DNA of 62,290 nucleotides, filler included, from Sandaracinaceae bacterium (GTDB taxonomy: Bacteria; Myxococcota_A; Polyangia; Polyangiales; JADJQN01): NCBI GenBank assembly GCA_947483975.1. It is 12 parts of 12 records of this genome, joined end to end, with 100 filler letters (N's around TTAATTAATTAA, not from the genome) between each part and the next. Parts side by side here need not be neighbours in the genome. Positions count along the whole stretch, not along the records: positions 41,904 to 46,969 come from CANKOL010000378.1; positions 47,070 to 52,113 come from CANKOL010000379.1; positions 52,214 to 57,205 come from CANKOL010000381.1; 9 more parts are not named here. One strand, 5' to 3'. The position numbers and the translations under genes were made by a program. Shown piece after piece: positions 41,904 through 54,919 of this stretch (positions are counted from its first letter, which is position 1; each line of letters starts with the position of its first letter). The notes under the pieces were generated by a model. The model searched no databases and was not told the origin of the DNA. It was given only the letters and a program-made list of their open reading frames with translations.

Positions 41904-43139
41904 GACGACGAGCCCCTGCGCGACGTCGAGCTCGACGACGCAGCGCGGGTTGCGCACGGTGACGTGCAGCGTGTGCTCGACGCGCGCGAGCGCGCGCAGC
42001 AGGCGGCTCGGGCCGACCAGCTCGAGCCGGGTGTCGAAGCTCGCCTCGGCGCCGGCGCGCGCCGCGATCGTTCGGTCCGGCTCGATCAGCGGCGCGAGCC
42101 GCGAGGCGAGCCGCGCCATGTCCGGGCTGCGCGCGCTCTCAGGCCAGACCTCGTCCCACTCGACGACGAGCATCGACGCCCACCGCAGCCGCGGGTCGCG
42201 GCGACACGCCTTGACGACCGCGAAGCCGGGCCCCTCGATGCCGGCGGCGTCGATGATCACGACCTCCGGATCGAGGCCCCGCGCCCGCTCGAGCCCGCGC
42301 CCGCTCGCGTCCGTGACGGCGACGGTCGCGCCGCGCGCGCGCAGCTCCGAGGCGAGCGCGTCGGCGCGCACCGGGTCGAGCACGACGAGCAGCACCCGCA
42401 GGCCGTTCAGCGCCGCGAGGTCGCCCTCGCCCTCGCTCGCGCCGCCCGTCTCGGAGTCGAGCAGCCCGAAGCGCGCGCCCGCGTGCTCGAGGAGCTCGTA
42501 GCGCAGCGGCTCGGCCTTGCTGACGAGCGGGCGAAGCTGCGCGACGAACGCCTCGACCGCCTTGGCGACGGGCCGACCGGCGCCGAGCACGAGCCGGAAC
42601 GAGGTGCTCACGTCCGTCGTCCCGCCGCCGCCCGCCTCGACCGAGAGGATCCCGCTGCGCAGCTCCTGCTTGACCAGCTTCATCAGCTCATCGAGCGTCG
42701 CCTCGCCGAGCTCGCCGCTCTGCTCGCCCTCGCGCTCCGGCATCTCGCGCGCGACGTCGGCGATCTTGCGCGCCATCTCGTCGACGCTCGCCGTGCGCGG
42801 CACGACGGCGACGGCGCCGTGCCGAAACGCCGCGAGCCGCTCGCCGAGCGCCGCGTCATCCGAGAGCAGCACGACGGGCACGAGCTGCGTGAGCACGTTC
42901 TGCGCGAGCCGCGCGAGCACCGCCTCGCCCGCCGCGCGCGCCGCGTCGCCGACGAGCAGCACGAGATCCGGCGCGGCGATGCGCGTCGCCTCCACCGCGT
43001 CGAGCGTCGTCACGCGCTCGACGTCGAGCCCGTGGTGGTCGAGCGCCGCACAGATCGCGTCGTCCATCGGCTCGTCGTCTCCGACGATGAGCACGGTCGG
43101 GCGCACTGAGCCCGGAACGGGCGGACGTGCGTCTGCCAT
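41904..43139 (-). CDS. Multi-domain protein with two degenerate receiver domains, 3'-truncated
   Basis: VLIVGDDE...PDLVLL...VPVVLLS...AFRHGA; second LRVLLV...PEVVIID; intervening SGELGEATLDELM...RSGILSV resembles DUF4388. Confidence 0.75.
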
Positions 43140-43145
43140 CTCACC

Positions 43146-43151
43146 AGCCTA
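43146..43151 (-). promoter_or_regulatory. -10 element TAGGCT 6 nt before ATG 43139 (leaderless configuration)
   Basis: TAGGCT-GGTGAG-ATG on the minus strand. Confidence 0.45.
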
Positions 43152-43304
43152 CACGCGCTGGGGCCTCGGGCGCCAAATCGCCGTGCCTCGCCGCGCGGGC
43201 GTTCCGCGAGAGCCTTAGGGGGATCGTTGACGCCTGCCGCCGCGACGTGTTTGGATCAGCGGTTGATCCGCTGCAATCGGCGCAGCGCGAACCGAGGTGC
43301 CTCG

Positions 43305-46969
<3,665 letters not shown>

Positions 46970-47069
46970 NNNNNNNNNNNNNNNNNNNNNNNNNNNNNNN
47001 NNNNNNNNNNNNNTTAATTAATTAANNNNNNNNNNNNNNNNNNNNNNNNNNNNNNNNNNNNNNNNNNNN
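46970..47069. other. Artificial contig linker
   Basis: N44-TTAATTAATTAA-N44. Confidence 0.99.
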
Positions 47070-47986
47070 ACTCCGTGCGGTTCCTGCCAGCCGTGGGCGG
47101 AGGATATGTGCCCGCGCTGCCTGCGGAGACCGACGAAGCCAGCGCCGCCACGCTCGCCGTCGCGTTCGGTGGGGCCGTGACGCGCGGCCCGGCGCCCGCC
47201 GCGGACGCGCTCGCGCCGCTGCTGCTCTGGACGACGGGCAGCTTGCACGTGCGCGCTGAGCCATCGCCCTCTGCGCCCGACGTGAGCGCGCTGCAGTCGC
47301 ACGTCGTGCTCGTCGGGGTGCGCGGCGCGGTCGACGGCGTGCCGTCGGCGACGAACGTGCGCACGGACTGGAGCTATGTGGCGGTCGACGCCCACGAGGC
47401 TGGCTGGTCGTCGGCGTCGTACCTCGAGCCCTACACGCGCTGCCTCCCGCCCCTCGACCCGTTCCTCTTGGAGCTCCCTGAGGCTCGGCGCGCGGCGCTC
47501 ACCCCGGACATCTCCGTGCGCGCGATCCCTACGCTCCTCGTCGGAACGCGGCGGCGCCTCGGCTACCTGCTCGCCGTGCACGACGCCCTCGAGCAGCGCT
47601 CCTACGTCGGCGTCTACTCCGCCGCGCGCGACTGCACGCTCGAGAAGGTGGGCGTCTACCAACAGGACCATCCCATCGACAACGCGTTCTTCGTGGACGC
47701 CGCGCCGTCGTCGGGCCCCGCGCTCATCGTCCTGCGCGGCCCCGTGCTCGACCCCCGCTTCGAGGGCGCGGAGCTGTGGCAGGCGTTTCTGCTGGGCGGC
47801 AGCGAAGAGGTCTGGCGAGCGGTGCTCCCGTCCGCCGAGACGGTGCTCTGGAACGATCGCGCCCGCGTGACCTTCAGCGAGACCTCCCGCTATGGACTGC
47901 CAGGCTACTGGCCCGCGCGCGTCCGCTTCGGCGAGACCGAGCAGTTCTATCGCTGGGACGGCGCGGCGCTCGTGCTCGATCCCTGA
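47070..47986 (+). CDS. Hypothetical protein, 5'-truncated (possible SH3-like segment)
   Basis: Open frame from contig edge; LHVRAEPS...WSYV...GWSSASYL resembles bacterial SH3. Confidence 0.6.
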
Positions 47987-48053
47987 GCGAAGCCCGCCTG
48001 CCGCGTCCGCCGCAATCCTTGCGCTGCGCGGCGGTATCCGTGACCATGCGGGC

Positions 48054-49508
48054 ATGAAGCTCACGGCTCTCACGGTCGCGCTCGCGGGCGGCCTCTGTCT
48101 GCTCGTGGGTGCGTGTGGCGATGACGACGCCGTCACGCCTCCCGTCCCGGACGCCGGCGCGCCGGACCTCGGGCGGCCGCTGCCCGAGTGCACGCTGCCG
48201 ACGCCGCTCGTCGCCGGCACGCCGGAGACCGACGCCCTCGCCAACGCGCCCGCGCGCTGCGGCGCGCCTGCGTATTCTTGGCTGCGCGACGCGAACCTCG
48301 GCGAGGTCGTCGACCGGCGGCGGATCTCTTCGTACGCCGCCGATCAGCTCGCGGCGCTCGCCGTCGCGGTCGAGGTCTCGCTCCCGCGCCCGCCCGAGCA
48401 CAACGTCTACGTCGAGCGCGTCGCGTACAAGACGCAGGACCGCGGGCGCGCGGTGGAGTCGTCGATGGGGCTCGCCTTCCCGACGGACGACGCGACGGCG
48501 GCGGAGCGGCCGATCCTGCTCTTCTTGCACGGCACCTCGGGCTTCACCGCGAACTGCGGGCCGTCGATGGACGGCAACTATCAGATCCTCGCCGCGCTCC
48601 TCGCCTCGTACGGCTGGATCGTCGCGATGCCCGATTATCTCGGCCTCGAGTCGCTCGGCACGCCCTACGGCGCGCTCCACCCGTACCTCGTCGGCGAGCC
48701 GACCGCGATCGCCTCGCTCGACGCCGCGCGCGCCGCGATGCACGCCGTCGCGTCGCGCCCGGGCAACCTCTGCGCCTCGACGAAGCTGCTCGTCATCGGC
48801 ATGTCGCAGGGCGGTCATGCGGCGCTCTGGGTCGACCGCCTCGCGCCCTATTACGCCCGCGAATTCGAGCTCGCCGGCGTCGTCGCGTCGGTGCCCCCGG
48901 CGGACCTGAACGCCGAGATGGAGCGCGCGCTCACCGAGCTCGTCGACGGCACCTCCAACGCCATCGCGACGATCGGCGCCGTGCCGCAGTGGTATGGCTT
49001 CGCCGACCGCGTCGGCGAGGTGCTGCGCGCGCCCTACGACGTCGACGTGCCCGCCGCGCTCGCCGGCGACTGCAACCCCGGCGCCGCCATCGACACGCCC
49101 GCGACGCTCGCGGACGTCTTCACGGACGCGCTGATCTCGCAGGTCGCGACGGGCAGCATCGCGGGCTTCGCGCCGTGGGACTGCGTCGTCGCCGAGAACA
49201 GCCTCACCTCGACGCCGATCCCGCGCATCACGCCGGCCTCCTCGTCCTACGGGATCCTCTACGTGCTCGGCGAGGCCGATCAGCTCGTGCACACGCCGTT
49301 CGAGCGCGCCTCCTACGACACGCTCTGCGCGGCGGGGATGCCGCTGCAATACGCCGAGTGCGCGGGCGCGGGGCACGTCGACGCCATCTACTGGTCGCTC
49401 CCCGAGTCGCTCGACTTCTTGACCGCGCGCGAGCACGGCGAGCCCTTCACCCCGCAGTGCACGCGCCCCGCGGCGGCGACCTGTCGCGGCACTCCCGCAG
49501 CGCCGTGA
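48054..49508 (+). CDS. Lipoprotein, secretory lipase (LIP)-like alpha/beta hydrolase
   Basis: Lipobox LVGAC; FLHGTSG, MPDYLGL, HPYLVG, LDAARAA, GMSQGGHAA, GEADQLV, GAGH. Confidence 0.88.
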   Translation: MKLTALTVALAGGLCLLVGACGDDDAVTPPVPDAGAPDLGRPLPECTLPTPLVAGTPETDALANAPARCGAPAYSWLRDANLGEVVDRRRISSYAADQLAALAVAVEVSLPRPPEHNVYVERVAYKTQDRGRAVESSMGLAFPTDDATAAERPILLFLHGTSGFTANCGPSMDGNYQILAALLASYGWIVAMPDYLGLESLGTPYGALHPYLVGEPTAIASLDAARAAMHAVASRPGNLCASTKLLVIGMSQGGHAALWVDRLAPYYAREFELAGVVASVPPADLNAEMERALTELVDGTSNAIATIGAVPQWYGFADRVGEVLRAPYDVDVPAALAGDCNPGAAIDTPATLADVFTDALISQVATGSIAGFAPWDCVVAENSLTSTPIPRITPASSSYGILYVLGEADQLVHTPFERASYDTLCAAGMPLQYAECAGAGHVDAIYWSLPESLDFLTAREHGEPFTPQCTRPAAATCRGTPAAP

Positions 49509-50743
49509 TCTCACCTACGGCGTTCGGCCAATATCGCCTGCTCAAGCGCATCGGCTCCGGCGGCATGGCGGAGGTCTTCCTCGCCGAGGCGCGCGGGATC
49601 GGCGGCTTCGAGACGCTCCTCTGCGTCAAGTGCATCCGGCAGGAGCGCGCGGCGGACAAGGACTTCATCCGCCTCCTCGTCGAAGAGGCGAAGATCGTCT
49701 CGCACATCGTCCACCCGAACGTCGCGCAGGTCTTCGACCTCGGCTGCGTCGATGATCGCTACTACATCGCGATGGAGTACGTCGACGGCATCGACGCCTT
49801 CGGCATCCTGAAGGCCGCCGCCGAGCGTGGCATTCACCTGCCAGTGCCTGCGGCCGCGCTGATCGTGCGGGAGCTCGTCAACGGGCTCGCCGCCGCGCAC
49901 GGGCAGACCGACTCGGCGGGGCAGCCGCTCCACATCATCCACCGCGATATCTCGCCCCACAACGTGCTCGTCTCCTTCGACGGCGACGTGAAGATCATCG
50001 ACTTCGGCGTCGCGAAGGCCGCGCTGCGCGACGCGACGACGCAGGCCGGCGTCATTAAGGGCAAGTACAACTACCTCTCTCCCGAGCAGGCGCGCGGGCA
50101 GCCGCTCGACCACCGCACCGACATCTTCTCGGCGGGGATCGTGCTCTTCGAGCTCCTCGCGGGCGAGCCGCTCTATCCGGGCGATCACATCGCGGATCTG
50201 CTCGATCAGACGCGGCGCGCGAAGGTGCCGCCGCTCAAGCGCTATCGCTCGGATGTGCCGAAGGCGCTCTCCGCGATCTTGTCGAAGTCGCTCGACCGCA
50301 ACCTCGACCGCCGCTACGCGAACGCGCAGGCGATGTCGGCGGATCTCGACGCGTTCCTCGCGCAGCACGCGGGCGGCTACGGCCGCGGGGACCTGACGGC
50401 GCTGCTCGCCTGGCTGGTCAGCGAGGAGCATCGCGTCTCGCAGGCGCCGCCTCCGCCTCCCGCGCCCGCCGGGGCGCGCGGGGAGCCGACTGGCAAGGTC
50501 GACGCGTTCGCCAACCGGGTGCGCTCGGCCGACGAGCTCGAGGCGGAGCCGACGCGCGTCGCGAACCCCGAGGACATTCGCGCGCGGCGGCAGGCGCGGG
50601 CCGCTGGCTTCGAGGTCCCGCCGACGCCCGTCTTGAAGCGCGTCCGCCGACGGAAGCTGCTCCCGCTCTATCTCGGACTCGCCGCGCTCGCGCTCGTCGG
50701 AGTGGGTGGTGTGCTCGCCTTTCTGCACCTTGCGGGGAGATGA
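49505..50743 (+). CDS. Ser/Thr protein kinase with C-terminal TM helix
   Basis: GTGA overlap; IGSGGMAEVF, VKCI, HRDISPHN, DFG, KGKYNYLSPEQ. Confidence 0.93.
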   Translation: MISPTAFGQYRLLKRIGSGGMAEVFLAEARGIGGFETLLCVKCIRQERAADKDFIRLLVEEAKIVSHIVHPNVAQVFDLGCVDDRYYIAMEYVDGIDAFGILKAAAERGIHLPVPAAALIVRELVNGLAAAHGQTDSAGQPLHIIHRDISPHNVLVSFDGDVKIIDFGVAKAALRDATTQAGVIKGKYNYLSPEQARGQPLDHRTDIFSAGIVLFELLAGEPLYPGDHIADLLDQTRRAKVPPLKRYRSDVPKALSAILSKSLDRNLDRRYANAQAMSADLDAFLAQHAGGYGRGDLTALLAWLVSEEHRVSQAPPPPPAPAGARGEPTGKVDAFANRVRSADELEAEPTRVANPEDIRARRQARAAGFEVPPTPVLKRVRRRKLLPLYLGLAALALVGVGGVLAFLHLAGR

Positions 50744-50761
50744 GTGGTGTAATACCCACCC

Positions 50762-52113
50762 ATGAGCAACGATCCCTTCGTCCCCAAAGGCGTCACGCAG
50801 AAGAAGGGGAAGGGGCAGTTCAACAACAAGTTCGCCTCGACCGTCATGGGCACGGCGATGTTCGTCGCCGAGATGCAGCGCAAAGTGCCGCTGCGCACGA
50901 AGCTCCTCGTGGTGCTGGTGCTGCTGACGGCGGGCGGGCTCGGGACGTGGGCGTACCTCGACATGGTCGGCAAGGAGCGCTCCGCGGCGGAGCTCGCGCT
51001 CGCGGTCGTCGAGCCGCACGAGACGGGCGCGCCGCACGTGCGCGCGATGCTCGAGAAGGGGCTGCACTCGAGCTCTCGCGCGGCGGCGTATCGCTACCTC
51101 GGCGAGGCGCAGGACGCGGCGAGCGTGCCGTTTCTCCAGGACGGGCTGCGGGCGAGCCCCGAGGAGCGCAAGGCGGCGGCGGAGGCGCTGTCCCGCATCG
51201 GCGCGCCCGCGGCGCTCCCCGCGCGCGACGGGCTCGCGGCGATGCTCGCGAGCACCGACCCGAGCGAGGCGCTCCTCGGCGCGTGGGTGCTCGCTTCCCT
51301 CGGTGATCCGCGCGGGCTCGAGCCGTCGATCGCGGGGCTCGCGAACGGCGCGCTGCAGCAGGTCCCGACCTACGACGCGGGCAAGCTCGCGACGCTGCTC
51401 GGGCCGGCGGGGATGATCCCGCGCCTGCAGGACACGCATCCGTCGGTGCGGCAGTTCGCGGCGACGTGGCTCGGGCCGGTCTGCGACGAGCGCGCGGCCG
51501 CCGCGCTGACGCAAGCCTCGCACGACGCCGTGCAGGAGGTCGTGGTCGCCGCGTGCGTCAGCCTCGGCCGCTGCGGCACGCCGCAGGCGCTCGAGGCCGT
51601 CGTCACCGCGCTGCGCGCCAAGCCCGCGCTGCGTGAGCCGCTCGGTCAGGCGTTCAGCCACGAGGTCGGCGCGCCCGGCCTCGCGCTCTTGCTGCAGACG
51701 ACCGACGACCGCTCGACGCGCGCGCTCCTCGTGCGCTTCATCTCGGAGCTCTACGACCTGCGCGCGGGCGACGCGCTCCTCGTCGAGCTCGAGCGCACGA
51801 CCGAGCCCGCGGAGCGCGCCGCGGTCGCGACCGCCCTCGCCGAGATCGGCGACCCGCGCGTCGTCGCGGCGGTCGGGCCGCTGCTCGAGCAGACCGAGGG
51901 CGACTGGGCGCGGCAGGGCATCGAGCTGCTCGGTCGCTCGGGCAACGCCGAGGCCGTCGGGCCGACCCTCCAAGAGCTGCTCCGGACCCGGCGCGACCAG
52001 CAGGGCGCCGTGCTCGTCGCGATGGGCGAGGGCTCCGTGTGCGGCGAGGACGCCGTCCGCGCGATGCAGGGGCTGCTCGGGCCCGCGGCGACCGCGCCTT
52101 GGGCGCTGACCGC
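50762..52113 (+). CDS. Membrane-anchored HEAT-repeat protein, 3'-truncated
   Basis: One TM helix, then repeats such as AAEALSRIG, VRQFAATWLG, ATALAEIGDPRVV. Confidence 0.8.
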
Positions 52114-52213
52114 NNNNNNNNNNNNNNNNNNNNNNNNNNNNNNNNNNNNNNNNNNNNTTAATTAATTAANNNNNNNNNNNNNNNNNNNNNNNNNNNNNNN
52201 NNNNNNNNNNNNN
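52114..52213. other. Artificial contig linker
   Basis: N44-TTAATTAATTAA-N44. Confidence 0.99.
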
Positions 52214-52860
52214 AGCGCCCAGCGGCGCGTCGCGAGCAGCCACTCATCGTGCAGGCGCCCGGTGACGAGCGCGGCGATGACGAACGCGAACGGGATCGAC
52301 CAGCCGACGAAGCCCGCGTAGAGCATCGGCGGGTGGATCGCCATCCAGTAGTTCTGGAGCAGCGGGTTGAGCCCCTCACCGTCGGCCGGCGCGCCGGAGG
52401 CGTTGAGCGCGAAGGGGTTGGCGGCGAAGAGCATCAGCACACCGAAGAACAAGAACACGGTCATCAAGGTCGCGAGCACCCAGGGCTGCAGCTCCGCGTA
52501 GCGCTTGCGCATCCAGAGCGTGCACGCCGCCGTGTAGCAGGACAGCAGGAACGCCCACCAGAGGAGCGAGCCGTCCTGTCCGCCCCAGAGGGCGGTGAAC
52601 AGGTAGACCGTCGTCATGCTCCGGTCGGAGTAGCGGCTGACGTAGTGGATGCGGAAGTCGTGCGTCTGGAACGCGTACGCGAGGAGCGCGACGGCGACCG
52701 CGACGAGCGCGCAGGTGGCGAACGTGCCCATGCGCGCCGCCTGCAGGAAACGCGGGCGCCCGCGTGTCGCGATCAACGCTGTCATCAGCGTGTAACCGGC
52801 AGCCAGCATCATCGTGCACAGCACGACCGTTCCGAGGGAAGGAATGTCGATTGGCGGCAT
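52214..52860 (-). CDS. ccmF: Heme lyase CcmF/NrfE family, 3'-truncated
   Basis: DFRIHYV, ALWGGQDGSLLWW, ANPF, DGEGLNPLLQN, IHPPMLYAG. Confidence 0.93.
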
Positions 52861-52955
52861 CGCGGGGCGACTCTAGGACCCGTGCACCCCTGCGGCAAGC
52901 GCCCGAAAAGTCGAAAGATCCGGTCGATTGGCCGCTGTCAACAGCGGCCGCTCGC

Positions 52956-54863
52956 TCAGCCGAAGATGACCGTGATCTGCTCGAGGTTCAGCCCGCCAGG
53001 GTAGGCGTACGAGGTGTACTGCCCGAGCCCGTACACGATGATGCCGAACGGCTCCGCGCCGCGCATCGTGTGCGTGCCGCCGTTGACCGGCACGATGCCG
53101 AGCTCACGTCCGCCGGCGACGCTCCAGGTGGTCGAGACGGGCGCGCCGTCGAGCACGACCTCGACGCCCGGCGGGCGCGAGACGAGCACGTACGACTGCC
53201 CGCTCGTCCCCGCGTTGTAGGAGCTCGGCGTGATGAAGGTGTAGTCGGTGCGGTACTGCTCGCGCGGCACGAGGACCGTCATGCCGGGGTCCCCGCGGGC
53301 GGCGGCGGGGCTCGAGTAGTTCTGGCCGAGGAGAAATTGCGCGACCTGGATCGCCTGGTCGCTCGTCACCTCGAACGGGCCGGTCGCGATGAACTGCACC
53401 CAGTCGCCCGCGGCGAGCGTCGCGGTGCTGATGCCGCCCTGCGGCGGGTTGACGTTGAACGTGGTGCCGTCGAACGCGGCGATGACGCGCACGAGGTTCG
53501 CGCTGCTCGTGCCCGGGTCGACCATCGGGGTGCTCGCGAAGTTGCGACCCCACGTCTGGATCGGCGCGAGCTGCGTCTCGAGATGGTCGCAAGCCTCGCT
53601 GAAGTACGGCACATAGGCGCAGACGTGGCCGCCGAAGACGGTCACCGGCTGGTCGGCGTGGATGCGCGAGCCGGTGAGGTCGAAGCCGACCTCTTCGCAG
53701 GTGTCGAAGAAGTCGCAGATGCCGAAGGTGCAGTCCTCGGTGTGGTGGAAGTTCGGGCGCGAGCTGTCGCAGTTCGGCGGCATCCCCGCGACGACGTGCG
53801 CGACCTCGCCGCGCGACAGCGAGAACGAGATCGTCCCGCCGCGCGGCGTCGCCGCCCAGCGCCCGCCCGCGTCGGCTGCGACGTTGGCGCTGAGCACGAT
53901 GCTCACCGTCGTCGGCGTCGGCGTGACGCCCACGACGGCGAGGTAGCCCGGATATTTGAGCGAGTCGGAGCTCGGGAAGCCGCCCGTGCTCCCCGTCGTG
54001 CGCGAGAGCGGCACATAGCTCGCGCCGACGTAGTCGCCGGTGAGGACGTGCTGCGGGAGGAGCAGCGTCGCGTCGTTGGTGTACGAGTAGGTGCCGCCGC
54101 TCTCGTACTCGAAGGGGTTGAACTGCGTGACCGCAACGGGCGCGCTCGAGGTGAGGCGATACGCGCCGTTCGCGACGGCGAAGCTCGACCAGGTGTTCGT
54201 CGGGATGTTGAACGACTGCTCGGCGATCCACGGCAGCGAGATCTCGGCGAGGTCGCCCGGCGCGATGGTGCGCTCGTCGACCGCCGCGCCCCCGCGCGTG
54301 ACGTGCACGACCGCCGGGTCGGTGCCCGGGTTCACGACGACGACGCGGAAGTCGAAGAGCGCGGAGTTCAGCTCGGCGGTGTTCGCGAGCGGCGTCGGCC
54401 AGTACTCGCAGCCGGTGTTCGACTTCGCGGCCTCGGCCCGGCCGCACGCGTCGTCACAGAAGCCATCACCGCCACACGCGGAGCCCCAATCGGCGCAGTC
54501 GCGGCCGAAGACCCACGCGCTGCCGTCCGGCGCACACGCGCGAGAGACGCTGCCCTCGCAGGAGCGCGTGCCCGGTCGGCAGACGACGCAGCCGAGCGTC
54601 GGATCACACGCGCTGTCGCAGGCGACCTCGGCGGTGCGCGAGTGCCCGTCCGTCCCGCAGACGTAGTGCGTGTTGCCGTAGCAGGCGGCCTGAGCCGGCG
54701 AGCAGACGAAGCCGCCATCGGGCGTCGGCGGACGGCTGCCATCGACGAGCCCGCCGTCGCGCGGCGTGCCGCGGGTCGGCCGGCCCCCGCGGTCCGAACA
54801 GGCGACGACGAAGCAAGAGACCGCGACGCACGCGGCGAAGAGACGAAGCGAGGATGACGACAT
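52956..54863 (-). CDS. Lipoprotein with IgGFc-binding-like domain
   Basis: Lipobox VVAC; Cys-rich N-terminus; SNTGCEYW, QFNP, SYTNDATLLLP, CDHLETQL.P..TWG, GDPGM..VP..QY, SYAYPGG. Confidence 0.85.
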   Translation of the reverse strand: MSSSSLRLFAACVAVSCFVVACSDRGGRPTRGTPRDGGLVDGSRPPTPDGGFVCSPAQAACYGNTHYVCGTDGHSRTAEVACDSACDPTLGCVVCRPGTRSCEGSVSRACAPDGSAWVFGRDCADWGSACGGDGFCDDACGRAEAAKSNTGCEYWPTPLANTAELNSALFDFRVVVVNPGTDPAVVHVTRGGAAVDERTIAPGDLAEISLPWIAEQSFNIPTNTWSSFAVANGAYRLTSSAPVAVTQFNPFEYESGGTYSYTNDATLLLPQHVLTGDYVGASYVPLSRTTGSTGGFPSSDSLKYPGYLAVVGVTPTPTTVSIVLSANVAADAGGRWAATPRGGTISFSLSRGEVAHVVAGMPPNCDSSRPNFHHTEDCTFGICDFFDTCEEVGFDLTGSRIHADQPVTVFGGHVCAYVPYFSEACDHLETQLAPIQTWGRNFASTPMVDPGTSSANLVRVIAAFDGTTFNVNPPQGGISTATLAAGDWVQFIATGPFEVTSDQAIQVAQFLLGQNYSSPAAARGDPGMTVLVPREQYRTDYTFITPSSYNAGTSGQSYVLVSRPPGVEVVLDGAPVSTTWSVAGGRELGIVPVNGGTHTMRGAEPFGIIVYGLGQYTSYAYPGGLNLEQITVIFG

Positions 54864-54919
54864 GAGACGCTCCCGGCGCACACGCGGCGCGCCGAGACCG
54901 TATCACGCCGCCCGGGGCC

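Noticed and set aside
48188..50743. 851-aa ORF suggesting a long kinase N-terminus
   Set aside because: The upstream part is an alternate frame of the lipase gene; the kinase starts at the GTGA overlap at 49505.
52956..54863. IgGFc-binding lipoprotein as the TraA partner of the adjacent OmpA gene
   Set aside because: It lies downstream, has an N-terminal lipobox rather than MYXO-CTERM, and has its own -10-like element (TGaTACGGT); no support for a TraA call.
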